Part shown: positions 1 through 12,237 of the stretch, one piece after another | Layout of the letters: each line of letters starts with the position of its first letter | Position numbering within the stretch: the stretch's first letter is position 1 | DNA from: Camelus ferus | Taxonomy: Eukaryota | Assembly: GCF_009834535.1 (NCBI RefSeq) | Contig: NC_045696.1 | Span: 3,784,001 to 3,848,000, forward strand | Direction of reading: 5' to 3' | DNA: 64,000 nucleotides | Notes under the pieces: model-generated | Told to the model about the DNA's origin: nothing | What the model saw: only the letters and a program-made list of their open reading frames with translations | Database searches by the model: none | Translations under genes and position numbers: made by a program

Positions 1-338
1 TTGCTCACACAGGAATCTAGTAACACTGTAAGTCATGTAGATTGATGTGCAAATGACTTTTTCACAGCTTACGCATTTCTAAAAACTGACCAGATATGGA
101 CCTCGAAGGGAGAAAGAACATGCTGCCCTGACGAAGTCTTTCCTGTTTGTGATCGTATCAGCTTCATCACAGAAATTGTGTAGTTCAGTTTCTCTAACTC
201 TGCATATAGAAAGGGGTTTGTAAGTTTTGATATATGCAGCTTTTATTTCAATTAGTGGTATACTGCAGCTTAAGAGTCATTTATGAATTAAGTGTTCACC
301 ACAAAAATTCCAACTATATTTCTGCTTCATACTTTCTT
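1..338 (-). mobile_element. Zaphod-like hAT-Tip100 transposase relic, part 1 (runs off the window start)
   Basis: The minus strand reads ...GTTAGAGAAACTGAACTACACAATTTCTGTGATGAAGCTGAT... (VRETELHNFCDEAD), matching my recollection of the Zaphod transposase. It is degenerate and AT-rich. Confidence 0.65.
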
Positions 339-710
339 TTAAAAAAATCATTAATTAAGTTTATAGAGGTCTCATTGACATACAAAACTCATTAATATCT
401 GTCACCATACATTGTTATGGTTTTTTTTCTTGTGATGAGAATTCTAAGATCTACTCTTTTAGCAACTTTCAACCCCCCCCACTTCTGACAGCCACCAACA
501 CATTCTCCATATTTATGTGCTTGTTTTTTGTTTGTTTATTTATTTATATATTTACTTATTTTGGGTTCCACATGTAAGTGAGATCATATGGTGTCTGTCT
601 TGCTGTCTGACTTATTTCACTTAGCATAATGCCCTCCAGGTCCATCCATGTTGTTGTAAATGGCGACATTTCACTCTTCTTCGTGGCTGAGTAATATTCC
701 GTTGTCTGTT

Positions 711-750
<40 letters not shown>

Positions 751-1061
751 CACATTTCCTTATCCATTCATCCATCAGTGGACACTTAGGTTGTTTCCAT
801 ATCTTAGGTATTGTAAACAATGCTGGGATGATCAAGAGGGTACACAAATCTTTTCAAGTTTGTGTTTTCTTTTCTTTGTTTAATACCAGACATGGGATTT
901 CTGGATCATATGACAGTTCTATTTTTAATTTTTCTGAGGAATCTCCACACTGTTTTCCGTAGTGGCTGCCCCAATTTACATCCCTGCAAACAGTGCACAG
1001 GGGCTCTCTTTTCTCCACATCTTCACTAACACTTGTTATTTCTTGTCTTTATAATAGCCAA
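339..1061 (-). mobile_element. 5'-truncated L1 (ORF2 C-terminus + 3'UTR) inserted into the Zaphod relic
   Basis: Typical antisense L1 text (tgacttatttcacttagcataatg, ccattcatccatcagtggacacttaggttgtttcc). TSD gcttcatactttctt (324-338) / gctccatactttctt (1062-1076). Internal (TCTA)n at ~713-750. Confidence 0.9.
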
Positions 1062-1560
1062 GCTCCATACTTTCTTAATTTAATAATAACACATTTTTAC
1101 CATGACGCTGTGTGACCTCAGCATGTGTATTTGTTTTATCTCAATGAAAACAAGTAGTGACATCATTAATATTGACTATTTAGTTGAGTCTGCATTTATA
1201 TCTTGCATTTTCAAAAACACCACGGGACCCATCTTCAACAGAATAAATGTTCGAAGCTTTACTTGTATTTAATGATTTGAATAAGAATTAAGCAATTTTT
1301 AAAATTAGCTTAATTGGCTTTTCTATTTGAAACACCTGATAACACAGGTGGCAAACTGGCGTCAGTTCACGGTTGGTGAAACTCTCCTGCTGGTGGAGCC
1401 GACACGGTAACAGCTATCACTTCATCTTTAAGAGCACAAGCAAACTTGAAGTTGAAATGAGCACAGTTAATTAGAATGGCCATTTGCTCTAAATGAAGTC
1501 ACACCTCACAGAGTGAAAGCCACACTCCACTGACTGTGATCAGCCTTTGTCTTTGCTGGT
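1062..1560 (-). mobile_element. Zaphod-like hAT-Tip100 transposase relic, part 2
   Basis: Continues part 1 directly across the L1 TSD, with similar AT-rich degenerate coding sequence. Confidence 0.55.
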
Positions 1561-1577
1561 CTCCAAAGAATGATGCT

Positions 1578-1868
1578 CACAGACGTAGTAAACAATCTTA
1601 TGGTTATCAGAGGGCAAGGGGGCGGGAAGGGATAAACTGGGAGTTTGCGATTTGTAAATATTAACTACTACATATAAAAATAGATAAACAAGTTTCTGTG
1701 TGTGCTGTATGTAGAGCACAGGCAACTATACTCAACATCTTGTAGTGACCTTCGACGAAAAGAATGTGAAAACACATGTGTGCACGTACATGCACGGCTG
1801 AAGCGTTGTGCTGCACACCAGAAACTGGCACATTGTGACTGACTGTGCTTCACAAAAACAAAGAAAGA
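1578..1868 (+). mobile_element. L1 3'UTR fragment, lineage-specific young family
   Basis: gggataaactgggagtttg...tagataaacaag...gcacaggcaactatactcaa...ctgcacaccagaaac, followed by an A-rich tail. Homologous to the copies at 5585, 8650, 24785, 47835 and 50120. Confidence 0.85.
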
Positions 1869-2088
1869 GGGACTTTGGAGTGAGCGCTGACTTACTCAGC
1901 AGACCTGTGCCTTCTGCTTCTCACATGATCAGTGATGTCACTGGATGTGGAGGTGGTCACTCAGACGTATGGCACCTGTAATACCACCGTCACAAATAAC
2001 AACAGTGACGGTTATTTGCCCCGCAGTGGAGAGATTATAACCAGAGGTGAAGGTCTTGTCTCTGAGCCCCACCCCAGTGTGACAGACG

Positions 2089-2290
2089 CAGGGTGGAGAG
2101 TTCAGCACTGTGACGCTGGGGTTGGATAATTGTTTGGGGTGTCCTGTGCACTGCGGGGTGTTGAGCAGCATCCTGGCCTCCACCCACCAGGTGCAGAGTG
2201 TCCCTCCACCTGGATGCGACAACCAGTGCTGTCTACAGACACTGGCCATGCCTCTGGGCGACGGGGTTGGGGGACAAAGGGAACAGCTGC
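2089..2290 (-). mobile_element. MER20-like hAT-Charlie MITE
   Basis: gtcctgtgcactgcggggtgttgagcagcatcctggcctccacccaccag matches the recalled reverse-complement MER20 core. Confidence 0.75.
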
Positions 2291-5200
2291 GGTAGACAAA
2301 TCTGTGGCTCTGTCTGAGCTGTTTCCCCTTTAGTAAAAGGGGAGGCAGGACCGTTCTTCTGTGTCACTCATGGGGAGGGGGTGCAGGGAGGGTGCAGTGG
2401 TTCACAGAGTTCCCTGCTGGAAGGCGGGGTTCCCAAGGGCCCGAGCATACGCCAGCACAGATGACAGATGGGGGCCCAGCCACTTCTCCTGTGGGCGCAG
2501 TGACCGCTCCTGCCTGGCCCCCGACCCTGCCCCACCAACGCTGCCCTGACCTGGTAGATGACAGATGCCTCTGGCTGGCTCGCCTCTCGTTGGTGCTGGA
2601 AAGGCACCTGCCTTACGCTCTGACAGTCAGTCAACACAAGCCAGCTGCACACACTGGGCGCTGGCTGTTACGAGGGTCCTGAAAGTTTAAGGTGCAACCC
2701 ACGCTCCCCCAATTCACCATCTAGTCAGGGAGACAGAGAAGACGCATGCATAACAAGAGCGCATGAGGGAGAGGGTGTGTTTCAGCTTCCTTCACTGCTG
2801 TCCAGCACCCAGGGCATGCCTGGCACACAGCAGGTGCTTAGCAAAGATCACGGGAGGAGTGAAGGAGCTCCGGGGAAGAGCACAGTGAGAAGGGTGGCCC
2901 CAAGGCGGGGGCCTGCCCGCCTCCGGTCCAGCGCCACCTTCTCCCTGACCAGCCGGCCTTCAGAGACGCCTGGTGAGGCTGGCGGGGCTCTCCTCATGGA
3001 CTGCGGGCCCTGCCGCAGTGGCACAGATGCCCCCTTCCCTCTCCATGCACCACCGACACTCACACCACTTGGAAATGGCGGTGGCTGTGAGGTCCGGAGG
3101 CTGGTCCTGCCAACAAACGTGCTTCCAAAGAAGCAGGTGCGACTGTATCTAACTTCGATTTTTCACATTCTGATGACGGCACTTTAGCACCGCTGGTTTC
3201 CTTCGGAACCCCACAGGTGCTGTCTTAACACGTTAGCCTGAGAAATATTCACGGCCTGAAAAGGTCAGGAGCCCCCACTCAACATCAGAGCCATCTCCGC
3301 TCCGCGCCCCCTTGTAGCTGGGGGCCGCCCTCCTCCCTCCCAGCCGCCTCGTCCCACCCCTCCAGGCGGTAACCAGCCGTCTGCCTTTTCACAGAGCGCT
3401 GCGCCTTACAGAACAGTCCAGCCCCACCCAGGAAGCCAAGGCCTCTGGGAGCTGCCCGCCCCTCACCCACCGTCACCCTGGTCAGATTTACCTGGTACTC
3501 GTCCCCAGGAACTCCCATTTCATACGGATGAAAGCTTAGCAACCCATAGTCGAAGCTGGGGTGGGATCGGCCAAGCCTGGGAGGGCCCGAGGAGCCAGGC
3601 CTGCTCCCCCCGCCGGGTCCTTTCTGGGCTCGCTTTTCCCCTCTAGAAACAGAGGCCCAGCCCTGTTTTCTTGGCTCACAGGCCATGTCAGCGGTGAGGT
3701 CATCCTTGGAGCGCCCCAAGAAGATGGAGAAGATGCTATTACAACCTTATCAGATCCTTTCCCTTGCGGTGCTGGGAGTCCCCAGGCGCAGCCCAGGCTG
3801 GGGCCTGCTCCCCACCGCCCAGAGGGGACAGGTGGAGGAGGCGACTCAGAGGGCTCACCCTTCTGACTCCACGGACAGCCCCTGAGTGAGGGACGCCCCT
3901 CAGCTCCTTTGGGGGGGTGCGCTTCCCCTCCGTGGTCTGACCTATTGGCTCCGTCACTGCTTCCTGACATCAGGGGTGGCCCAGGTGAGCACAGGTGTCC
4001 AAGGGTGTCCCACCTGGGGAGGCTGTGGCGGGCAGGAGGAGAGCCCAGCTTTGGGGCCTGCAGATCTGCGCTCCCAGCCGGGGATGGCCGGCTCCCGGGC
4101 CTGGCTCAACCTCAGTTTCCCCAAGTGTAGAACAGGGCTGGTTCCCACCTTGGGTGGGGTTACATGTGCAGCGCACCTGGGGAGCCCCCAGCTCGTGAGG
4201 CTTGGTATAGAGGCCTTTCCTTCCACCTCGATGGAAGGGTGGTGAGGACCAGCCAGCTGTCTGAGGCCTACTGGGCGCCCTGTCCAGTGCAGATGCAGGA
4301 CCCCAGCAGAGGCTGGGCCTGCTTGAACTGCTTCTGTGACAGCACTGGCCGGCAGGGTCCAGGCTGGGATAGCCTGGGACTCGGGACAGTCAGTCCTTCT
4401 GCAGTGGCAATGAGTCAGCCTGCTAACTGCTGCCGGTGGTCAGCGATGTTTGTCAACACCTGACCCCCCGCCAGGGGGCCCTTCCTTGACTGTCTGAGGG
4501 GCGCCCACCCCAGAGGGAGTTTGGGGCCCTATTCATGGAACAGCCGGGCACTGAGGGCAGCGCCCTGTAGCCTCCCGTGCGGGGCGAGGTCCCACAGGCC
4601 CTGAAGCAGGTGTTCCTGTGACATCAAGACACGAATCCCACCCCACAGAGACGCCCACGCCTTCCACGTCTGCCCACCGACACCCGAGCGCTTTGGGGCC
4701 CCTAGAACACACCAAGGTCATTACAGCTGCATCTTCCATTCTCCACGTGGCAACACCTCCCGCGCGGGAGGAAGTACTCCGAGCGGCTGGAGTTGGCTCG
4801 TCCTCGTGGTTCTCACACCAGAACCTTCCTTTCCAACTGCTGCCCTGGCTTTCCGCGCTTGCGGGAGCCAGCAATCACCACCAGGGAGCACGGACAGAGA
4901 CGCTCAAGAGCTCGGACAAAGCTCACAGGCCTTGCTTGGAAAGGGGGTGACACGTCGGACTGCTTTGGAGAGATGGAGCCGCCGTGTCAGGGGACAGGCC
5001 TGGAGGGGGCTTAGGCGCAGAACGTCCAGGTAGCTGCTTCTTCCTGACAGTCCTGCTCCAGGGAAAACCCCTGCCTCCCTCCTGTTTCCTCGGGCGCTCA
5101 CCTCCCCTAGGTGCTGCGCTCACTGCTTTCACAGGGTCTGTTCTCCCCAATTCTCAGCGACCTTTTGGAAAGGTCTGATTACTATCCCATTTGACAGACA

Positions 5201-5584
5201 AGGAGATTTGGGGGGGTGAACTCTCTGCCGGAGGCCCGGTGGAGCTGGTGTTGGTGGATTCGCGCCCAGGCCCGTGGGACACCTGCCTCCCTGACTCCTA
5301 CACTCTGCTCCCCGCCCCCCAAACCTGGCCAGCCGTGGGGGTCACACTGCTGTGGCTGCGCCTGCTAACACAGGAAGGAGGCTCTGGGCCCCGCAGGTGG
5401 AGCTGGCCCAGAGATGGGGGTTCCATGAGTGGGACTCCCCGGGGTGCTGATCTGATCTGGGAAATGGACCAAGGCTGACGTCACATCCCATCTCACATTC
5501 CTTTCCTTAAATCCTGTGGCCCTGGCTGACATTCCTGTCCCACTTCAGGTTTCCGATAAGGAGACACTTCCGGTCCTCTTTGTG

Positions 5585-5800
5585 CTGGGAGTTTGGGATT
5601 TGCAGGTACACACCACTATATACAAAATAGATACACAGCAAGGCCCTCCTGTATAGCACAGGGAACTATATTCAATAGCTTGTAATAGCCTATAATGAAA
5701 AGAATATGAAAAGGAATATATATGTATAACTGAATCACTATGCTGTGCACCAGGAATTAACACAACATTGTAAACCAACTATACTTCCATTAAAAACAGA
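5585..5800 (+). mobile_element. L1 3'UTR fragment
   Basis: gggagtttgggatt...gtatagcacagggaactatattcaa...gctgtgcaccaggaattaacacaacattgtaaaccaactatacttc. Confidence 0.9.
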
Positions 5801-7904
5801 AGGCACAGCTGCGTACACATTTATCTGTGCACAGGGGGCTTTGGGGGTGGGGCCAATGTGCAGGTGAGGGTTTGTCGTGAGTCAGGTGACTTGGAGAGAG
5901 AAATAGATTCCGCTGAAATTCTCCGTGCAGCTCACCAGAGCAGCTGTTTCTGCAGAAGAGGGCTGGGAAGGATGTGGGCGGGCACATCTGTCCTCTGCTC
6001 ACGCCCATGACCGAGCCGCCCACCTACGTCCACCTGCGGACTGGCTTTTCATCTTATGTTACTTTCTGAGAGCCCCCAGCCTCACACGAAGGGTCAGAGG
6101 AACGACCTCCCCCACCCCCGTGGGGATGAGATTGTGAATTCTGGGAGAGGACACACAGGGCTGATGGAGGTACTGACGCCTGGTGACTGCTCCCCACCCT
6201 CCCACCAGGGCTGCCTGCCTGCAGGGCTCACTCCACCCTCTGTAAGAGCCTCACTCGGCCTGTCCACGTGCATGTGACAACATTCCAGCAGTTATGATAT
6301 TTGTCATATGCTGGTGGCAGGGTGGGGGTGGGGTGCAATGAGGAAACCAAATCTGCTCCCTCCTGGGGACACTGACAGCTGGAACCAGCAGGAAAACCTC
6401 CAGGAGCTGCAATGCCTGGCCGGCCCCGGGGCAGAGACTCAGATTCTGGGGCGTCTGTGAGAACCATCAGGGAGGCGCCCCATGCTGCAGCCTCCCCAGC
6501 GGCAGCTGAAGGGAATGCAGATGGTCTGGGGCCCTGACTTGGAGAAAAGTCTGTGCCTTGGGTGTGAGAGAAAGAAGAGCAAACAGCAGAGCGGTCGGTA
6601 GAGTGGGAGTCCATTTTTGGAAACAAAACCTCAAAACGACCCAGTATTCACATGCACGTGTGTGTCTGCACAGCCCGGGTCGAGATCCGCCTGCAGACGG
6701 GTCACCGAGGGGAGTGGGGGTAACAGGGACACAGGCGAGGACTTAATTTTTTTATTTTATGTGTTTCTTGATTGTTTGAACCTTAAAAACAAATATGCAG
6801 ATCTTCCAAAATTTTGTTTTTAATTGCCACCCCCACCTCCAAAAAAATACAAAGAGAGGTTCTCGAATGACTCTGACAATCAACCAAGGTTGGAAATGGT
6901 CAGTTTCTACCCCGAAGTCTGGGCCTAGCCAGGGTATGCCAACTGGCTGTCCAGGAGGAGGACAAGGCGGGGGTGTCTGCAGACAGGTGATTGTGAGACT
7001 GATCTGCCCGACCCAACGGTCCCGGCGGTCTGGTCCTTCCTGGTGGATAACAAGTGAATTCACATGTCTTTGCTCAGCGGGCGCCCATCCTCCAGTCACC
7101 GCAGGCCCTGCCCCGTGGCTGGCGCCCCTGCCCGGCCCCTGTGGGTGTGGAGGGTGAGGCAATTCCACCACCCCGTACACAGGGGAGCCCCTGAGCTGCC
7201 ACCAGCACTCAGGGTCACCACCAACAGCTGCCGCTCCCCACCCCGATCCCCTCTGCTCGCAGCCACCACCACCCCCGTGTGCCTTCTCCGCAGCATGGTC
7301 CTTGGTGAACAGGAGCTGCCAGACGTGACCCCCGCTCCCAGCAGCCCTCAACTGGGCACTTCCAGGCTGACACTAAACCACCAGCCCGCGGTCTCAAGGA
7401 CAGACAGGGCTCAGGGAAGATTTTACCCACGCCTTTCACAGCCTCCTTCTCCCCCACCCATTTCCTCTCTCTCCCAGCCATTTCCACAGCGCACTCTGTC
7501 CAGAAAGCAAGTGCGTGGTCCCGCCTGGGCTCTGGGTTAGGGGCGTGGCCCAAGGAAGTGACTCTAAAGATGGGTTCCAGGGTGGGATTCTGTGGGGCAG
7601 CAGCGAGAATCCCGACACGTGTGAGCTGGAAGATTGACAGCCCGGCTGTCGGGAGCTTCAGCCTGGCCGGCTCTATTACTCAGCAGTTTACATAAAAGAT
7701 GGGCGCCTTTACAGAGAGCCCCGTCTCCGCAGCAGGCAGAGCCCGAGGACCAGGACAGGACTTAACCTGGGGAACGAGAAGTGACAGGGGCAAGGCCATT
7801 CCAGTTGCAGCTCAGAACTGCCCTTTATCTGAAAGGCAGTGCTTGGGGGGGAGGCTTTCTGGGCCTTGGGAGAAACACCATCTGCCCATGGGACGTGGCC
7901 AGAC

Positions 7905-8262
7905 AACGGCATTTCCACCAATGGACTATTATCCAGCCGTAAGAAGGAATGAAGTTCTGACCCGTGGTGCGAGGGATGGACCTTGAGGTCATTATGCTCA
8001 GTGAGAGAGGTGGACACAAAAAGCCACATACATACGATTCCGTTTATAAGGCATGTCTAGACTAGACAAATCCATGCAGGCGGGTGGTAAACAGATGAGT
8101 GGGTCCCTGGGTGATGCAGATATTCTAAAGTTGACTGGAGGGATGGCTGCACACCTGTGATTACACTAAAAATCATTGTATTGTATACTTTAAATGGGTA
8201 AATTGTGTGGTATGTGAATTACATCTCAATAAAACTGTTTTTGAAAAAGTTGTGGAATAAAA
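7905..8262 (+). mobile_element. Old L1M (L1MB/MC-like) 3' fragment
   Basis: aatggactattatccagccgtaagaaggaatgaagttctga...attatgctcagtga...gtgaattacatctcaataaaactg. Confidence 0.75.
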
Positions 8263-8357
8263 AGTGAAAACAGTAACCACGAAAACACACCCCCCATGTG
8301 AATGTGCTGAGGGGTACTGGCGCCTCAAGTCAGACGCAGACTGGTTTCTCTCATCTG

Positions 8358-8971
8358 AAACCACATGTGCGCCCCAGTGCTCACAGCAGCACTGTTTACA
8401 TCAGCCAAGACATGGAAACGGCCTAAATGTCCATCAGCAGGTGACTGGAAAAAGAAGTTGTGGTATATTTCTACAGTGGAATACTACTCAGCTATTAAAA
8501 AGGAATGAAATAATGCCACTCGCAAGAGCGTGGATGGATCTGGAGATCATTATTCTAAGTGAAGTAAGCCAGAAAGAGAAAGAAAAGTACCATATCATAT
8601 AACTTATATGTGGAATCTGAAAAAAAGACACAAATGAACTTATTTACAAAACAGAAACAGACTCACAGACATAGAAAACATAGTTATGGTCTGGGGTGGA
8701 AGAGGGTGGGAAGGGTTAAATTAGGAGTTCAAGATTTGCAGATACTAACTACTATATATAAGAGAGATATACAAGTGTCTTCTGTACAGCACCGGGAACT
8801 ATATTCAATATCTTGTAGTAACCTTTCATGAAAAAGGATACAAAAAGGAATATATGCATGTACATGTATGACTGAAACATTATGCTGCACACCAGAAATT
8901 GACACAACACTGTAAACAGACTGTACCACGATTAAAAAAGAAATCTTAGGCTATCTTCAAAAAAAAAAAAA
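8358..8971 (+). mobile_element. 5'-truncated L1 (ORF2 C-terminus, 3'UTR, poly-A)
   Basis: ORF 8264-8602 ends ...KRNEIMPLARAWMDLEIIILSEVSQKEKEKYH, the L1 ORF2 C-terminus. A 3'UTR and an A13 tract follow. Confidence 0.9.
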
Positions 8972-10059
8972 GAATTGTTCCAAAAAATGATTTTACTATT
9001 AAAAAAATTATAAACAATTGAAAACCAAAATAAGGGAAAATATTTGTGGTCTGTGAAAAAAATTATGTAACTTTATATATTGCATGATCCCATTTGGCAG
9101 AAACATTTATTTGTCGTTTTTACAAGCTAAATTTTAAGCAAAAACAACAACAAAAAGTCAGCAGTACAACATTAAAAAAATAAACAGTTTGAAAACAATG
9201 TTTGAATTTAGAAATACAATTGGAACCCAGGTTCGGCCCTCATTGCCCTTGGTTCCAGTGGCCATGGCCTTGGACAAGTCTGTTAGAAACCAGCGCAGCG
9301 CGAGGAGGGGGAGGGAGGGGATCTCACACGCCCCGCGGGGTCAGCGTTCTGAGGCTCCTGACTGTAGAGCTTACGGGAAACGCGCTGTTTCCACCATCCA
9401 GCGCTTGTGGGATGGAAGAGCATCCGACGTGGATTCAGAAAATCTGGATTTTTACTGTCCGTTTGACCTGGAGCAAGTTCCTCCTGCTCAGCTGGGTGAC
9501 CTGAACTAGGCAGCCTCCGTCCGAGCTCACGGGGCTCCGGTGAGGATGACGAGGGAAGGAGTGGAGGCAGCTTGAAGGTGTCCAGGGAGGGGGACGAAGC
9601 GTCCCCCGCAGGGTCACAGGGACTAGGTTTTCATCCAGGGACATTTTGGACCCACTCTGCCTCCACTCCTCATGCGTCGGTGTCGCCCTATGAGGAAAAC
9701 AATCTGTTTTTACCGTGTTTTCTAACACGTGTTTATCACACGGAGGCCAAGCAGGAGAGACTCGTGACTGCGTACCAGGCTCCTCAACTGGCCTTGACTC
9801 ATGTGCCCTGGGCCGGATCCTTTGAACTCCCAGGGATGTTGGCCCTGGTCCCCTCCGGTACGTCTGGCTCTATGCGGCCCACACACCTGCCCGTGCGCCG
9901 AGCCTTCTCCGTGGGGCAAGCAGGAGGTTCACAGAGGAGCAGCCCCTTCCTCCATGGTGCTCAGCTGCACAAACTTGCATCTCCACGGAACAGGCAAAAC
10001 ACAGACTCTCCCCTCCTCTGCCCTCCCCTCATCCATTCCTAAGACCTATAGTGCCTACA

Positions 10060-10222
10060 ACCTGCTGCTGGGGTCTGAACACTAGGGGCCCCGTGCTCAG
10101 AAGGACCCCCAGCTTGGATTAAAACTTTGCTGTCGATGTCCTGAAATTTCTAGTACTTTGTGAACAAGGAGCCCCACGTCTGTAGTTGGCACTGGGCACT
10201 GCAGCCTCAGTAGCTGCTCCTG
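10060..10222 (+). mobile_element. MER91A-like hAT-Tip100 MITE
   Basis: gggccccgtgctcagaagga...tgctgtcgatgtcctgaaatttcta...tgaacaaggagcccc...gtagctgctcctg resembles the recalled MER91A consensus. Confidence 0.65.
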
Positions 10223-11019
10223 CCTGCCGCCCGTTCCTCCCCGGCTCCCCGCATGATTCTGTCCTCACCTCTGCAAGGATGAGGTGTGTCATCAGCAGTG
10301 AGCCTTGCGGGGCAGAAGGAGGTAACAACGGAACAATCAGCAGGTAGAGGACCAGGTCTGGGGCACGTGGAGGGTGTCCCGCCTCATCCCTTTATCCTTC
10401 CTTCCAAAATCTGGGAAAGAATAGGGATCCATGCCTTGCTTTGCAAAAAGCAAGGGAGAAACGGCTCTCTGGTCTTCTGATTTGGCCACATTTCTGAAGC
10501 ACAACAAGGGGTAAACATGATGGTCCCACGTTGATCTCAAAATACTTTACAACTTTAGAACGCCTTAGAATCTCTCTCCTTTCCCTGTGTTCATTCTCTG
10601 GGCTTTGCAGCCAGGAATGGAGGTGAGGGGGAGTGAGCAGTTCAGGTCCTGTGTCCTAGAGGCCCCTCCCCAAGCCGGGACTCTGGCCTGGGGTCTGGGG
10701 TGGGGGTCGGGGCTCCCCCCAACTCCCCCCATCACCGCTGTCCCTTCCTTGTGACTGAGGGTCCCCAGGAAGACTTCCTCCTGAAGGCTGCTGCTCTGGT
10801 CCAGGGCTCAGTCCCTGAATGCAGTCTTTGAAAGTCACTCTTAGTCACTGAAATCTGAGACACAGGAGCTGATAAATATCTTATTAGTTTATAAAACAGT
10901 AATTCTAAAACCAAAAAGAAATAAATTTTTTAACACTTTCTCATTAGTTCTTACTAGATCCTTAGACAAAGCACCCATTTATAAACGGCTTAAGACTTAA
11001 ACTCAAATCAGATGATCTT

Positions 11020-11142
11020 AGACCTAGGGCACTGCCTGTAATTCACAGGTGAAGAAAGAGAGGACAGACCAGAGAGGTGAAGTAACTTGCTCAGATCACA
11101 CAGCCAGCAGCAGAGCCAGGGCTGGAACCCAGTTCTTCTAGT
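11020..11142 (-). mobile_element. MIR SINE fragment
   Basis: cagagaggtgaagtaacttgctcagatcacacagc...gagccagggctggaaccca (MIR core). Confidence 0.7.
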
Positions 11143-11397
11143 TCTTGGGCTGGGGGAGAAGGAGATGGGTCCTGACCCGGAGCAGTTAGCTGGAAGGGAG
11201 ACTCCGGGTGAGAGGCAGGCAGTGCAGGAGATCCAGCCGTGGGCCCAGGGACTCATGGGGTACCTCCGAGGCCACAGGGAGTCCTGGCCCCCTGACAGTG
11301 CTAAGAGGCAGGAGGGAAGGAGGTCAAGGATGGAACCAGTCTGTATTTGTTTATGTCTATTTTTGTTTAAAGATACTTTATTTAACATACATTGCTT

Positions 11398-12237
11398 TTC
11401 TTCTTCTTTTTTTAAATTGAAGTACAGTCAGTTTACAATGTGTTCATTTCTGGCGCACAGCATCATGTTTCAGTGATACATATACATACAAACATATGTT
11501 CCTTTTCATATTCTTTTTCACGATAGGTTACTATAAGATACTGAACATAGTTCCCTGAGCTGTGCAGTAGAAACTTCTCATTTACCTATTTTATACATAG
11601 TAGTTAGTATCTGCAAATCTCGAACTCCCAGTTTATCCCTCCCCATCCCTTTTCCCCCCTGGTAACCATAACTTTGTTTCTATGTCTGTGAGTCTGTTTC
11701 TGTTTGGTAAATAAGTTCATTTGTGTCTTTTTTTTTAGTCCACATATAAGTGATTATCATATTGTATTTTTCTTTCTCTTTCTGATTTACTTCACTTAGA
11801 ATGATTTCCAGGTCCATCCATGTTGCCGCAAATGGCATTATTTCAGTCCTTTTTATGGCTGAGTAGTATTCCATTGTATAAATATACCACAACTTCTTCA
11901 TCCAGTCATCTGTCGATGGACATTTAGGTTGTTTCCATGTTTGGCTGTTGTAAATAGTGCTGCTGTGAATATTGGGGTGCATGTATCTTTTCAAATTGGA
12001 GTTCCCTCTGGATACATGCCCAGGAGTGGGATTGCTGGATCATGTGGTAAGTCTATTTTTAGCTTATTGAGAAACTTTCACACTGTTTTCCATAATGGCT
12101 GCACAAAACTATATTCCCATTCACAGTGTAGGAGGGCTCCCTTTTCTCCAAGCCCTCTCCAGCATTTATGGACTTTTTAATGATGGCCATTCTGACTGGG
12201 TGAGGTGATGCTCATTGTAGTTTTGATTTGCATTTAT
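11398..12237 (-). mobile_element. 5'-truncated L1 (ORF2 C-terminus + 3'UTR)
   Basis: ORF 11680-11994 contains [45 protein letters not shown] (L1 ORF2). Poly-T at the left end. Confidence 0.95.
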
